Shown: positions 13,441-26,179 of the stretch, in pieces | Layout: each line of letters opens with the position of its first letter | How positions within the stretch are numbered: position 1 is the stretch's first letter | Source of the DNA: Lama guanicoe | Taxonomy: Eukaryota | Direction: 5' to 3' | DNA: 64,000 nucleotides | NCBI GenBank assembly: GCA_013239625.1 | Contig: MU054187.1 | Location: forward strand, 16,856,711-16,920,710 | Position numbers and translations under genes: made by a program | The notes under the pieces: model-generated | Databases searched by the model: none | What the model saw: only the letters and a program-made list of their open reading frames with translations | Told to the model about the DNA's origin: nothing

Positions 13441-14837
13441 CTACATTTTAATATTAAAAATTTTGGAGTAATTTCTAAACAATTTAGTAATATCATTATT
13501 TCCCGTGACAAGAATAGTAATTGTGTTTCTTCTTATAGTTAATTTTTAATTACTTTATTAGCATTTTTGTGATAGTTACAAAAACAATTCTATTGAAACC
13601 TACACAACGTTAATTTGACATCTGTGATTTTCATTCCTCTATTAAAGATCCTGACTTCATTATATATTTGTGGTCAAACACTGTAATGTGTATTTGTCTG
13701 CACATTTAATTCTAGTAAAAATATTTTAAGGTGTAGGGAGAGGAGAGTGGACAGTAAGTAGGTAATGTTGGGGGTGGGAAGTTTGCCAGGGACACAACCA
13801 ATGCCATATTTAACAATGGAAAAAATGCATGCTAATCTTTGGTACCTTGAGAACATTTAATGTGTAATGTAGTGGTGTACAATGTATTTATAAATATGTG
13901 TGTATTTGAAATATGAGTAATACTGTTTAATAAGCAGAAAACACGACTAACTCAATTAGAAATAGAGATATTCATTTAGACAAAATAAAAGTAAACTTAT
14001 CTGGCAATTGATTCTCGTACACTCAAGAAATGGCTTATGCTAAATTGAGAACATGTTCTACCAAGATTGTGCAGTAAGAGCAAGATATGGGACCCTATGC
14101 ATTATGTGGGTTTTGATGAATATGAGATGAAGAAATTAGATGATCCTATAAGTGGTCATTGTTTTTCAACTTCAGAGTGGAAAAAAGTTAATTTGAAACA
14201 CCCCTATGAGGTACAGAAGACTGTGAAACCCACTTAAAACATTTCTGAAAAGCTTCCGAAACTAAGTGAGGGGGAAAAACGTGTAAGTGGGAAACATTGC
14301 AGGTTTGAGCCTTGGGCCACGTAGGTAATTGGGAGAGGTTTGGAGGTGAATGAGGCAGGTTGAGGGAAGTACTGCATTGACCTTAAAGCTCAGAGATTCA
14401 AGTCCAAACCATGACATTGCCTAGAAGTTGTACCTGCAAACTCTTCCCTTTTTCTTCTTTTTTAAAAAAATCCCTAACTAGAAGAGAACTGACACTCACT
14501 CCCTGGTAACAGCAAGAGGATAAAGCCTTGGGCTAACATGTTATTGGCTAATGTCTCATCTGTGGTTCCCTCTTAATTTATAACAAGAGCTTTCTGTTTC
14601 ATGTGGATAGAACTAAATGTAATTATGAGAATGTCAGATATAATATTAAGAATTATGAGAATTTATAAATATTCCTTCGTGTCTTTATCAAAGATCCCAT
14701 TAAAAATATAACAGTGATTTCCTTGATCATGAACTTGTAAAATGTTGGTCTCAATGACATTACTGCTTTATTGTTCTAATGTAGGAGCAGGAATTATTTA
14801 AAAGCATTTTCAGGTGGACTTGTCGCTTTTGTTTTTG

Positions 14838-15020
14838 ATTCATTCATTCAGCGGTTTTGACCAGGGACCCAGGTTGGCAGTGAGGATTGGACGTAAGGAT
14901 TTCAAAACCCTCATAATCCATTAGCAGAAACAAAGGAGGAAGCAGTTAGCACAACACAATGCGGTGTGTCTTATATAATGGTTTAGACGTAGAACATTAT
15001 GGAAGTGTAAGAAGGAATCA
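14838..15020 (-). mobile_element. old L2 fragment
   Basis: attcattcattcagc start (reverse L2 tail) followed by degenerate L2-like sequence. Confidence 0.45.
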
Positions 15021-15329
15021 GAAGAAGAAGACCTAGAGGTACTTGTAGTGGGTAGAAAAGTAGAAACTTAGTTTTAGTGAAATGAGTTGATGGTACCTAA
15101 TCAGTCAGGAAAAGGAGACACTTTACATTGAAACGCATTTTATGAAAATATTTTATTTATTGAAATAAATGTTTCACCCCAGAGACCATCAATATAGGAC
15201 CATTAGGGATAATTATAGTGCATCCACTAATGGTAAAGCTGTAAAAAGGAACAAGGAACATTTTTGTAGACCATCATGAGTTGAGTTCCAGGATATATAA
15301 TTTGGCAAAACAAAACAAAACAAATAAAT

Positions 15330-15720
15330 AAATAAGGCAGAACTATATAAATTATGCAGAATTTTATCTGGAAAAGAACAAGGTTGTCTGTATTTAAATA
15401 CACAATCAATGAAATGATAAACCAAAGCTTAAAAATAGTTCTCTCTGGATGGTGCTTAACCACACAGAGAGAAAAGGTTCCAAGTGATTTATACAATGGA
15501 ACAAAAAGGGACTGCAAAGAAATCTTAACTCAATACTATCTATGAAATATTCTGCAAAAACATAAGTAATTAAATAAACAAATAGATCTAACAGCTATTA
15601 AAAGAAATTACAGAGGTCAGAAAAAAAGTGTTCACCTCTCAAGGATGCAATTAGCAAAATCTAGAATGTGAAAAATGTTGTAGGACAATTGAACAGTTTC
15701 CTATTACTCCATATTAGCCA
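15330..15720 (+). mobile_element. old L1 (L1MC/MD-like) 3' fragments
   Basis: A-rich; agcaaaatctagaatgtgaaaaatgttgtaggacaattgaacagtttc resembles an old L1M 3' UTR motif. Confidence 0.4.
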
Positions 15721-15854
15721 GAAGTAGAATTTGACAATTACTTAATGACTTTTGGACTTTGAAAGTAAATTACTCATATAGAAGGAAAGAAATTAAGGAA
15801 TTAGATTCAGTATGCTTCGTAACACTCCGTGTTTACTAATAGCTTTTGTATATT

Positions 15855-16000
15855 TGCAATTGTCTGTTAAAAGCTTTCTTCTCATCCAGATTATAAACTC
15901 CACAAGGATAGGACCATGTCATCTTGATAACAGATCTATCTCCCACACCAGTTAGAGTCTATATGGCATGGAGGTACTTTATTAAATTTTATCAACTAAC
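15855..16000 (+). mobile_element. L2 3' end
   Basis: ccagattataaactccacaaggataggaccatgtcatcttg...ggcatggaggtacttt. Confidence 0.6.
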
Positions 16001-16160
16001 ACAACCAAAACAAAGCAAAACAGACAATTTATTTACATGTTAGCTACAATGAGGACTGTATGCATATTCTTACCTTATACACATTTTTATCTGCAAGGCA
16101 ATAATAGAAATGATTGATCATAAATGAAAGGATGGAAGTCACCAAATCTAACTGCTTAAT

Positions 16161-16256
16161 AGGAATGCTATAGATATAATTGGTCTTGATTTCATCAGGG
16201 TATTTGATAATATCTCCAACAATGGGGGGGGCAAGATTGAAAAATGCAAGCTAGAC
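16161..16256 (+). mobile_element. CR1/L3 LINE reverse-transcriptase fragment
   Basis: translates RNAIDIIGLDFIRVFDNISNNGGGKIEKCKLD, matching CR1 RT motif G.AVD..YLDFSKAFD.VSH..L..K....GLD. Confidence 0.75.
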
Positions 16257-16638
16257 GTTTTTTAAACTAAAAAAATGGACATTTTTTACAACATTTGCAA
16301 ATGAAAAACATGTGGGTTTATGTGGATGATAAAGATGTGCTGTATCTAAGCAAAACTTTCTCTCATGTCTGAGGGTCTCAGGATGGTTATGAAGAAAATT
16401 CCAGAACTTTTGAAAATCTTTTCATTTTCACCCTGGTGTGCATTATGGGACTTAGAGAAGATAATAAATTGTGTTTGCTAGAACATTGTGTCAATCTGGA
16501 TCCAACTGAGAGAGAGAGAGAGAGAGAAACCACACAGTAATTCGAACAAGGGAAGTTTAATATACAAAATTATTAAACTGTAACAAGGGATTGGAGTAAG
16601 GAGGGATTGGCTAGTGAGAATTCACAAGAATGCGAAAG

Positions 16639-16678
16639 AATGCAGCAATACCAGATACAATGCAGCAATACCAGATAT
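16639..16678. repeat. 20-bp tandem duplication
   Basis: aatgcagcaataccagatac / aatgcagcaataccagatat. Confidence 0.9.
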
Positions 16679-16706
16679 AATATATAATAAAATAGGAGAT
16701 TGTATA

Positions 16707-17090
16707 TGCACTAGTTTGCTAGGGCTACCATAGCAAACTACCACAGACTGGATGGCTGAAATAACACAAACTATTTTTCCGCAGTTCTGGAGGCTGGAAG
16801 TCCAAGATCAAGGTGTTGGCAGGTTTGGCTTCTCCTGAGACCTCCCTCTTTGGCTTGTAGATGGTGTCTTCTCTCTGTGTCCCCACATGGGCTTTCCTCT
16901 GTACGTGCGCATCCCTGGTGTCTCTGTGTATCCAGATTTCCTCTTTTTCTAAGAACACCAGTTGGGTTGTTTTGGGGTCCACCCTAAGGGTCTCGTTTCC
17001 ACTTGTTTCCAAATACAGGCATGTTCTGCTGTACTGTGAATTAAGACTTTGACAAATGAAATTTAGGGAGACAAGATTCAGCCCATAATA
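16707..17090 (-). mobile_element. MLT1B-like MaLR solo LTR
   Basis: tagtttgctagggctaccatagcaaactaccacagactggatggct...cagttctggaggctggaagtccaagatcaaggtgttggcagg...gcatccctggtgtctct...ttcagcccataa. Confidence 0.9.
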
Positions 17091-17911
17091 TTACAATAAT
17101 ATTATGCAATGATATCCAACGCAAGCTATGCTATGCTATATTATACTAACACATACTAGCCACTCCATCTAAGGCAGAGATAGAATGCAGGTAAGTACCA
17201 CTATCTCCCCAGGGCTGAAATCCAGACCTTCGTAGAGGAGGCCTGACTGTAGCTCACTGGAGAGCAGAGAAGTTGCTGTACTGCCCTGCTGGTGGAATTT
17301 GCCACAGGCTACCCTTTGGAATTGCTTGAAATCAGCCTTCTGGGTTTGCAGGAGAAAGCTGTGAACAGGGAGGTTTTTCATCAGAGGCCTTCTACCAGTA
17401 AAACCACCTAAAGGGCTTGCTGGGGGAAGCCACTGGTTTCTGGATGCTTCTGACAGCCAAGCCCTGCAAGAGCCCAGTGTTGGAGAAACTGAGACTGCAG
17501 GAGCTGGCCAGGCGGGCGCACTGAAATCAGGAAGCAAAACCTTCTCCTCCCCAGACCCTCTGGTGACAAAGCTTTAGTGCCAGCTGGCAAAGGGAAACTA
17601 TTTAAAGGGCCCATATCCATTTTCACAGATTAAGAGTATAAAGGCTGTGTTGAGAAGCTCTGGAAATGATGCCGACGTGATTCAAATGAGTTCAGAATAT
17701 CACTGAGGGTGATGGTAGGTGACTCGGTGTATCACATTAAAAAGCAGGACAAAGAAGAAACAAGGAAGGCTTCTAGCTGGGAGATAATTTTAGAAATTTA
17801 CTTGTTCCCCTACCCTTTGAAATAAAATGGTTAATTCCTTATTCTAACATTTGTAGATAAAAGTATGCTTAAGCAATTATCCAAGAAAAATCTTTTTGCC
17901 AGAAATTCATC

Positions 17912-18012
17912 TTTTATCTGTCTTATCTAGTTAGCTAGCTAGCTAGTTATCCATCTGGCTATCATCTACCTATCTATTTAGTTATCTATCTATTTTTATC
18001 CATCCATCCATA
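17912..18012. repeat. degenerate TATC/TAGC/CATC tetranucleotide array
   Basis: tatctagttagctagctagctagttatccatct...tatctatctat...atccatccatcca. Confidence 0.8.
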
Positions 18013-18039
18013 TATACTAGTTTTAAGGGCCAGAGGTGA

Positions 18040-18225
18040 CGATAGTGGTTAAGAATGCAGCCAAGAAAAATTTGCTTTCAAATTCTGTCTACAAAGCTAA
18101 GTGGCTCTGAGAAAATGTCTTATCCTTTTTAATCTTCATTGTTCTCATGTACAAAGTGGAGCTGAATGCATACATTTATTTTAAGTGTCAAATAAAATGA
18201 CAGTTAAAAAAATACAGCATCAGAG
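18040..18225 (+). mobile_element. MIR SINE
   Basis: atagtggttaagaatgcag...ttcaaattctgtct...aatcttcattgttctcatgtacaaagtgga. Confidence 0.65.
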
Positions 18226-19002
18226 ACATGAAAGTAGGAGGTGTCTTGGGAAGATTAACAATGATACCAGGGTAAAAGTTATACTAAACCAACATACATG
18301 TATAAATCAAATAAATAATAATAGTTCATATCTTAGAATATTTATTTTTAACGGATGAAGAACAAAAATTCTAGGCAAATGTGTGAATGGAAAAAAAATT
18401 AGATGCCAATCACAACATTTTGAATCATATAAAGCAGATATCTGTATTAAAATAAGTAAAATATACAGAATTATATTAAGGATATTAGCAGATTATATTG
18501 ATTATTTAGGTATCCAGGCCTCTAATTTTCCCAAGGTTATTAACAATGACTCACTTGAATCAGGTTGCAAAAGTGGCTTATGGTTACAAATGTTTGAGTT
18601 ATTTTTTTGTTTGTTTATTTAATGCTCATGACCTTATTTCAATTTCTGTGTACACCTCTGACATTTTTTTAAAAGCTTAGAGTAGAAGTTTATCACAATG
18701 GTTTAGATACAATGGTTACCATGAGTCAAGAGAACCAAATTATAACAAGTGCATTGGGACGTACCCACAAGCCACAATCTATATTAAATATGAGGCAGAC
18801 CAAATAAGCAATGAAACTAAAGGCAGTCTTCTGAGCAGGTGGAAATCATCCATGAATTCTGTCATGTCAGAAAAGGAAAAGAAAAGCCTGAGTATCACTG
18901 CTGTAGAGTAGAAGATCAAGAAAATTATAAGCTATTTTAGACAATTTCATTGACAATAAATGCAATTCTCATGTCTTCTGATAAGGATCATCTCTGGGCA
19001 TC

Positions 19003-19481
19003 TATGCCAGCTTTTTAATAGCTGAATAACAAACTGTGCCAAAATACAGAGGTTAAGACAATAGTTACTTTATTATATTTCATGATATTGTGACTCAGGG
19101 ATTCAGGCAGGCATCGACTAGGTAGGAGTTTCTTCTGTCTCCTGTGACATCATAAGTGTTACTATGTGGATTACGACTGATGAATGGGCTTTTCTGGTGG
19201 GTTCAAGATGGCCTCACTCATGTCTTGTGCCTTGGCAGCAATACCTGGAAAACAGACTCCACTGGGTTGTGGAGGGCACCTGCCTTTCCAATATGGCAGT
19301 CTTGGAATCAGACTTCCAACTTGGAAGCTCAGGAGACCCAGAAACAGTGTTTCAAGTCTAAGAATGTCACTTCCATCATGTTGCATTGGTCAGGCATGTC
19401 AGCCTGGATTCAGTGCAAAGGGGATCGATGTCATCTCTCAATGGAAGGAGTGATGACTGGTAGCCATCCGAAATCGACCAC
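19003..19481 (-). mobile_element. old MLT1 (G/H-like) MaLR LTR
   Basis: gctgaataacaaactgtgccaaaa...caggcaggc...ttcaagatggcctcactcatgtc...gtcacttccatcatgttgcattggtca...tggaaggagtg...gaccaca. Confidence 0.8.
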
Positions 19482-20229
19482 AGCTTCTACGTTCAATATT
19501 GGCTTCCTGTATGTGAGCATATGTGATTTCATTGTCTCATCTTTGAAAGTGGAATACTTACGAAATAAAAGAGTTTGAAAATGAAAAGGCTGTTAAATGT
19601 GCACCACCTAGTACACACCTGGAAATACTTTGATTCCACAGTATTTAAAGTATCAAGTTCCAAGAAATTAAAATAACACAATGTTTGCGCTTGCATTTCA
19701 TATTGTTCAGTGAGAAGTGTGTGATATTACATATCATAAAACATGCTTAATACAATGTATATATAATATTTTACATATTATAAAATTATATAATATGTAG
19801 AAATCAATGCAAGCATAATGTAATTGCCTCAGTCAGTGAAACAAGCATGTCCTATATTGTATGTTTCTTAATATGTTTTTGAGAGTTAAGAGAAAAAAAT
19901 TTATCAATATAAGTGAAACTTTAAAATAGCTTTACATTTTTAACCTTATATTTTAAAGTATGTCACCATACCCTGAGGCTCAACACTGTGAACTACAATT
20001 AGAATAAATCAAGTTAAGGGGTAAAAGGAGGCTGTGAATACACAAGACCTCCAGGACGGCCTGGTCACGTTATTTTTCTTCTTAGCACTCATTTAGTATG
20101 TTTCATTTAAAATCCTGTTATATCGCCAGCTCTAAGGAGCTTTGCTGGAAAAGATATTCATTTTAAAATAATCTTTTTTTTTCTAATGAGAAATTATCTC
20201 TAAATATAAAAAAGTTAGATTTTAAACAT

Positions 20230-20251
20230 TATATATATATATATATATATA
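20230..20251. repeat. (TA)n microsatellite
   Basis: direct observation. Confidence 0.95.
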
Positions 20252-22409
20252 CTTTGAATTTATAAGCAAGTATAGAAGAAAATAAAAATAATTTGTAAGC
20301 CTGCCACTTAGAGTCTCAGAGATTGGTGTGTCTCCTTCCACAAAAGAGCTGAATTTTGAATGACTTCTTGATCACTGCCTTTTTTCTATGATCTATAAAA
20401 GATCCATTTAAAATATATGAATTATTCATTTTGACAAATTTCCTTAGACCATTACAATATAGAGTACTGAAGCCTAAGCCCTGAAGATGAGAGAATTGGA
20501 ACTAATTTTCACTGTGTCCTAGTGGTAGAAAAGTAATTTTCCCCATACTGTGGAGGTTTTTCAATGCAAAGTGGTTCCGAGAGCTAGCATTTCTGAGCTC
20601 TCTCCATGCCTCCTTCACTCCTTCCCGAGGAGGAAGATTGTTGGGTTTGGAAGGAGAATCTGAGCATGCATTCACAATCCTTCTCCTCTCTCTTGGGCGC
20701 ACTCTACTCCTGGGGGGAAATTGCCTTCTATTTGTCCATGTTAGAACTCACACATGCCACACCAACCCTGTGATTAGGGGAGGACCCGCAGTGTTAGAAG
20801 GGGGTGGATGTTAGTTCAGTTCAGACTGCTGGGGCCTTTGGAAAGCAAAACCTACCTAACGGCTACGGCTTCTGCTTGGGTCAGGTTCATGGCTTTGGCT
20901 TTGGACACTGGGCATCAGATTATGGGCAGGGCATTTTGATTTTGGCACCATCCTGGCCTCTTTTGAGCCGGTTAAACATTAGGCCTTATTTTATTTTAGG
21001 CTACAGAGAGGTCTGAGACTCAGGTGAGGAGCTGCTTTCATGTAGATGTTTGCTTTTCTCTAGAAGAAAGTCTGCACTTAGCAGACCTTAATTAAACTTC
21101 TCAGGGCCTCAAAATAGCCCTGGTCTTAAGATGAGACACAAGAGACTCAACCAGGGGCTGAACTTAAGCGAAGATTTGAAAGGGCTTCAGCCATGCTGCT
21201 GGTCCCCTAGGTTGTAGCAAAGGTGCAGGAAAAAATAAAGATCACACAGTTAGCTTGGTTTAATGACTCAGACTATGGGTGGGAGCTGCAACGTGGCACT
21301 AAACTACAGAGATATGGGCCTAAGCACCCAGAGGTGCTCACCATGGGGGTCTTCTCAGACACTGGAAGGCCCCAGAGCACTTAGGAATCAGGGGAGGTAA
21401 TCCACAGCTCAACTACAGGAAAATAATTTTTCCAACTTTAGGTCTTTTATTTGTTGTATTTAAACTCCCATAGGTTTTATGTGGATTCCATAGCTCTAAT
21501 GAGGTTTTAGTTTTGTACTTTTAGTGCAAAGACTCAGCCAGCAATGCTAAACTGAATTCTCCAAAATCCATTCTAATTCAGACTTGAGGGAAGAGCCATG
21601 GAGAGGCTAAGTTTGACCTGGGAAAGCTCCTGAATGGACACAAGTGACTCCCCAGCAAGTCCCCTGAGTTGGTTCTCAATTGATTAATTACATGCATGAG
21701 GAAATTTTTCCTGGGACGTAGTTGTTAAGCTAACGTGACTCCAATGAAGGAGGCAATGAGAACAGAAGGTGGATGCTCTGTCACTAAAGCCTAAGCTTAA
21801 ACGTGTGCAATTTTATAGCTTTGTCCATAACCCAGCGTGTTCAAAGAGATCGTCATCTTAGTTCATCTTTGAGGGTCCTAGTTTTGTAACTTTCAAGCAT
21901 TTATATGTGTCTTTAGCAGAATAATGAACATCTATGAGTTACAGAATTTGGATACAGTGATTTTCACAAGTTATGTTCTAAAATTCGCCTCATATTTAAG
22001 TACCTGAATGCTCTTTTCTTTGAAATGATTTTAATAGGATATCTTATGTATAAACACAAAAATAGAATTGCTCTGACAATCGGAAATTATAGGATTCACA
22101 GCCACATTGACTCACTCTCTGCCACCCCACCCCTGCCCCCAACCCCCTACATGTACTCACCAAAACCACCCCTTTTCCATTCAGGTTTGATTCTGTGGGT
22201 CAGGAGCAGAGATGTGATGAAGGAGGGTAAGGGAGCAATCTGAGCTCATCAGTAACTTTTTATTAAGCCTTATTAGGGAGAGGGAGAATGGGTCAAGAAA
22301 CCTACAAATCATTCTCATTACAGGTGGTGGTATGTCCCAGAACTACAAAATTTTGCTTCTCCCACACATTTTTACTTTTACTTCCTCTGGAAGATCAAAG
22401 AGTAGCCGA

Positions 22410-22987
22410 ATCACTTGAAATGCTTTTTGTTGCAAATTATCAAAATCTAATTCAGAATGATTTAAATTATATATAGATTTATTAGCTCATGTAACTAAAA
22501 TCCCAGAAGTGAACTGGGTTTCATAGGTGGCTTGATTTGGTAGCCCTTGCAGGGGACCAGAAGCCAGTTTCTCTTCATCTCGATATTCTGCCTTTTCAGG
22601 GTTTGCTCCATGAATCCACTTAGAAGCTCCCTCTGTCACCATTAACTCTCCCTAGATGGTTTCCGTGTGTCTGAGGCTTTTCCAGTCTTCGCATCTATAC
22701 AGCTCAAACCAAATGAAGTGGGTCTTCCTGGTCACTTCTAGGACACCCTATAATATGGAGTGATTTTCTCTAACTCAGAAGCCACAGCATACATTACCTC
22801 TTCTACTATTGGATCTAATTGGTTTTTCTGCACATGCTCGGAGCCAGGAGTGTGAGTGCTGGAGTTCAATCCCTTTCAAATGATAGAACAGACGATGAGA
22901 AGAGAGTTACCCCAAAGCAAAACACAGCTACTATCATTAGAATAAATGGGAAGCAGTTGCTAGGAAACAAATAGGCGTGTCTATAAT
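22410..22987 (-). mobile_element. old MLT1 (K/L-like) MaLR LTR
   Basis: atgctttttgttgcaaat...atttattagctcatgtaactaaaatcccagaagtga...ccccaaagcaaaa...gttgctaggaaacaaat. Confidence 0.75.
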
Positions 22988-23560
22988 GGTCCACCACTTT
23001 GACTACCTAACATCCATACATACCCTTTTCCTTTTGTAAACGCATGCAAGAGTGCTCTTGCCTGTTTTAAAATGCACTCACATTAGCCCCAAAGTAATGC
23101 AACCTAAAACATTTACTCTTTGAATTCAGCTACAAGTCAAGGGTCCCTAAATGATCGCATTCCTTCCAGTCACCAACTGATGTAGTCCTTTACTGTTTAA
23201 CATCTGATGGACAAAAGGACAAGTTTAATTACCTTCTTTCAGTATACAAGGTGGAGAGCGGGCATTATACCTGCAACTGAATCTCCCATTTCAAAATAGG
23301 AAGAACCTGAGACCTAGTTCACACAGATACTAATATCTGCTTCCTATAGTAGTGGAGACAATTTCTTTGTCCACCAATTTGCCTTTCCTGACTTTTGTCC
23401 TCTTGGAAGATCTTTCATTTTGCTTTTCATCCAAGGTAAGCAGTGGGGATAGAGATTCTTTGCAAGGTGTCTTATATTTGTCTTAGTTAAGAAGTTCTTA
23501 AAGGGAAGGTCCCGCACATTGCAGAATGTCTCCTAGGAGTGTTTGGGGTCTTTTGATTAT
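22988..23560 (-). mobile_element. MLT1-int (MaLR internal region) adjoining the LTR
   Basis: gtccaccactttgactacctaacatccatacatacccttt...caagtcaagggtcc...ctcccatttcaaaataggaagaa typical of MLT1 internal sequence; right boundary uncertain. Confidence 0.6.
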
Positions 23561-24589
23561 CTCAGTTATTGAAGTTGCTACCAGAATTCAGAGGGATGTC
23601 TCCACTGCAAATGAAATCCACTCTTTGGATTTCATTTAATAGACTTTGAACTAAATATTTTGAAATAAATGCTGACACAACATTAGAAGGTGTTTTAGAT
23701 TTTATTAGTAAATTTATTTTGGAACTATTTCACATTATTGCCATTCTGTATACTCTTTTTGGGCAATTGACTTTCTTGTATAGAAAAAAAATTTAAACCG
23801 ACCAAGTGAGACCAACACAGATATAGTTAAATGGCTCAAATAGAAATGATCAGAAGAAGTTCTTTAATTATTAATTTTATGACTACTGAAAGGGATCAGA
23901 TGAAGATGAGAGAAGTCAGCAAGATGGTATAAAGGTGGTTTCTATATGCTGTAAGTGGCTATTGTAAACTTTATTGGAATGGAATAGCCAAAAGGCATTT
24001 TAAGAACAGAATTTGTTTCTGAAGTTGTTTACAATTATAATGTAAACTCCTCTTCTCTGTTCCCTCAAATTACTAAGTAAAATCTACTATGTTCCTGGAT
24101 ACTCTTAATGGCTCTTGTTTTATTGGGGAAAGAAGAGTAGAGACTGGATTTCACAATGACAAACATATATAGAAGGATCCGTGCTGTGATGTTTATAGAT
24201 GATACGAAAATCGGAGCCCACTTTTTCCTGCTAAAGAATTTGCAGAAAACCTGTATGAGGCCTTTTATATCCACAGGACTTAGATTGAAATTTCCAGGCA
24301 ATCGTGAAATGTTTTCTGTGTGTTCCAATCACTCCACGCATATTAAAGAATAAACCTTAAAGTACAAGAATTAAGTTTGTATATTTTTCTGGTAGCAAGA
24401 GCTAACTTACTTACATTTATGTATATGTTATATCTTTGTTAATTTATAGCTTCCTTAGTTGGTAAAGCACCCGATATTAAACCTGTTCTTCTATGACTTA
24501 GTCAATATTAATATTCAAATAATAATTTTGAAAGAAAAGGAACTTCATTACAGTTTTTTATTATTTATCATAACCATTCCTTATCTATA

Positions 24590-24925
24590 ACCATTAGATA
24601 GTTTACCGTTGCCCAAACCCAGGAAACCCAAGAAATCTAGAACAAGCACACTGAGTCGCTCATCTCTCCTACAAATAGGCCTCCCCTACTCTTGTTTTCA
24701 AAACCAAAGCAAAAGGGGGTAGTTTCTGAAGCCCAGTATTCCTCTTCAATTCATGTACAATACACACTTAGTCATTAAATGTCACTAAATTATCCAAATT
24801 CTACCTCCAGGACTACTATTGTTGGGTGCATTAGAAATATTTTCTCCAGTCTTTGACTTTCCAAATGGAATTTTTATTTTACTCCCTTCCTTTACCAGGT
24901 TCCTCTCCCCACACCCATGCAAAGT
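24590..24925 (+). mobile_element. L2 fragment
   Basis: gttgcccaaacccaggaaacc...agtcattaaatgtcac...aattctacctccag. Confidence 0.45.
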
Positions 24926-24928
24926 ACA

Positions 24929-24950
24929 AACACACACACACACACACACA
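24929..24950. repeat. (CA)n microsatellite
   Basis: direct observation. Confidence 0.95.
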
Positions 24951-26052
24951 GTCTCTTACTATAAAAATCTTCTTTTCAAATTTTACTCACCTTACTTATA
25001 TTTCAAATTTCACTTTTTCCTTGAAGTCTCCCTTTAACGTTTTGCTTGTTTAACTTTCTCGTATGTCTTGAATTAGTAAGTAAGAAAGGAAAATTATGTC
25101 TTACACTTCCCTAAGGGTCACTCAAGGCTCAAAAGATTCTCTTACTTTTACTGTCTCCTCTGCTTGTGCCCAGCATTCTTTACTGCACAGTTAGTTGGGT
25201 GAAGCACAGGCTTTATGTGTGATGGTCAATGACAAAAAGACAATGCATTTGAAGGTATCTGAATTTAATCTATAACTTGAAAACTGTTAAGAAAATAACT
25301 ATTAAATTTTGGACTAGATATTCAAAACATTGCAAATGCAAAGAATGTAATGAACTTTTTAAAATGAAAATTGTTTTTGAGACATTGAAACAATGTTTAT
25401 GTCAGTCTCCTACCCTTTGAATTAATTTTTAATAATAAAGACTATGCTGTTTTCAACGCTCAAATATAGCTATCGACTTCCTTTAATATTTAGCTGGTTA
25501 TCATCGAAAGAGTTTGCTGTTAGACTGGAGAGAAGGGGAACAGAATTAAATAGCTCCATGACATCTGTACCAAGAAATGGAGAAGAAAAATAGTCAGTTT
25601 TAAGCCAGAGCTGAAAGCCTTGTTACAACTTCTCAGAACGAACAAGATGTCCTTTCAAATGAGGTGAATACCGCTTCAACTTCCTGACATTCTCTGAGTC
25701 ATGATTTATTACTTTAAGGCTTTTTGTGAAATTTCTGAGCTGATTTCACAGAAGTAGACTTTTATCTTTTTTGTTTTGTGACCTTGTAGATCTCCTCTAA
25801 AAAGGACATAATTCATAAGGCAAAAAATAGAAAAAATTGATGATGAATATAAGGATGTCTGCATTTACACATACAAGTCCATAGACTTAAGCAATTTTTC
25901 TTTGTGGCACATCCACTCTCAATTTAAATAGCCCATTTATTTCTTTTAATTAGGTTTATATGGCCATAGGCCAATACAATGAAAGTTAGAATTAACTGAT
26001 TCACTAGGTAGGGTTTTCATCTTTAAAATATATATAAGAAACAACTTTTAGT

Positions 26053-26146
26053 GGGGAGGATATAGCTCAGTGGCAGAATATGTGCTTAGCATGCATGAGA
26101 TCCTGGGTTCAATCCCCAGTACCACCATATAAATCAATCAATCAAT
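26053..26146 (+). mobile_element. tRNA-Ala-derived camelid SINE (Vic-1-like), short form
   Basis: ggggaggatatagctcagtggcagaatatgtgcttagcatgcatgagatcctgggttcaatccccagtaccacca plus A-rich (AATC)n tail; A and B boxes present; 5' extension and stem mismatches argue against a true tRNA. Confidence 0.85.
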
Positions 26147-26179
26147 TTACTGTTCCATAAAAAGGCCCATAAGTCACCC

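Larger units (their letters stand above)
16487..17650. mobile_element. ancient LTR (LTR78/LTR79-like; family tentative), interrupted by MLT1B
   Basis: tgtgtcaatctggatccaa...agaaaccacacagtaattcgaacaagggaagtttaatata...gagggattggctagt; resumes near 17190 (ccccagggctga...gccagctggcaaagggaaac). Confidence 0.6.

Noticed and set aside
16725..17626. Several ORFs of 63-122 aa
   Set aside because: Contained in LTR elements, no retroviral protein motifs.
19156..19578. Overlapping 65-140 aa ORFs
   Set aside because: They lie essentially within an MLT1 LTR; overlapping ORFs on both strands indicate chance.
20804..21016. G/F-rich ORF as a processed pseudogene (e.g. ribosomal protein)
   Set aside because: Could not align it to any recalled protein; no polyA or TSD seen.
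26057..26126. tRNA-Ala(AGC) gene
   Set aside because: 5' extension, stem mismatches, A-rich tail and a second related copy at 38252 indicate a tRNA-derived SINE.
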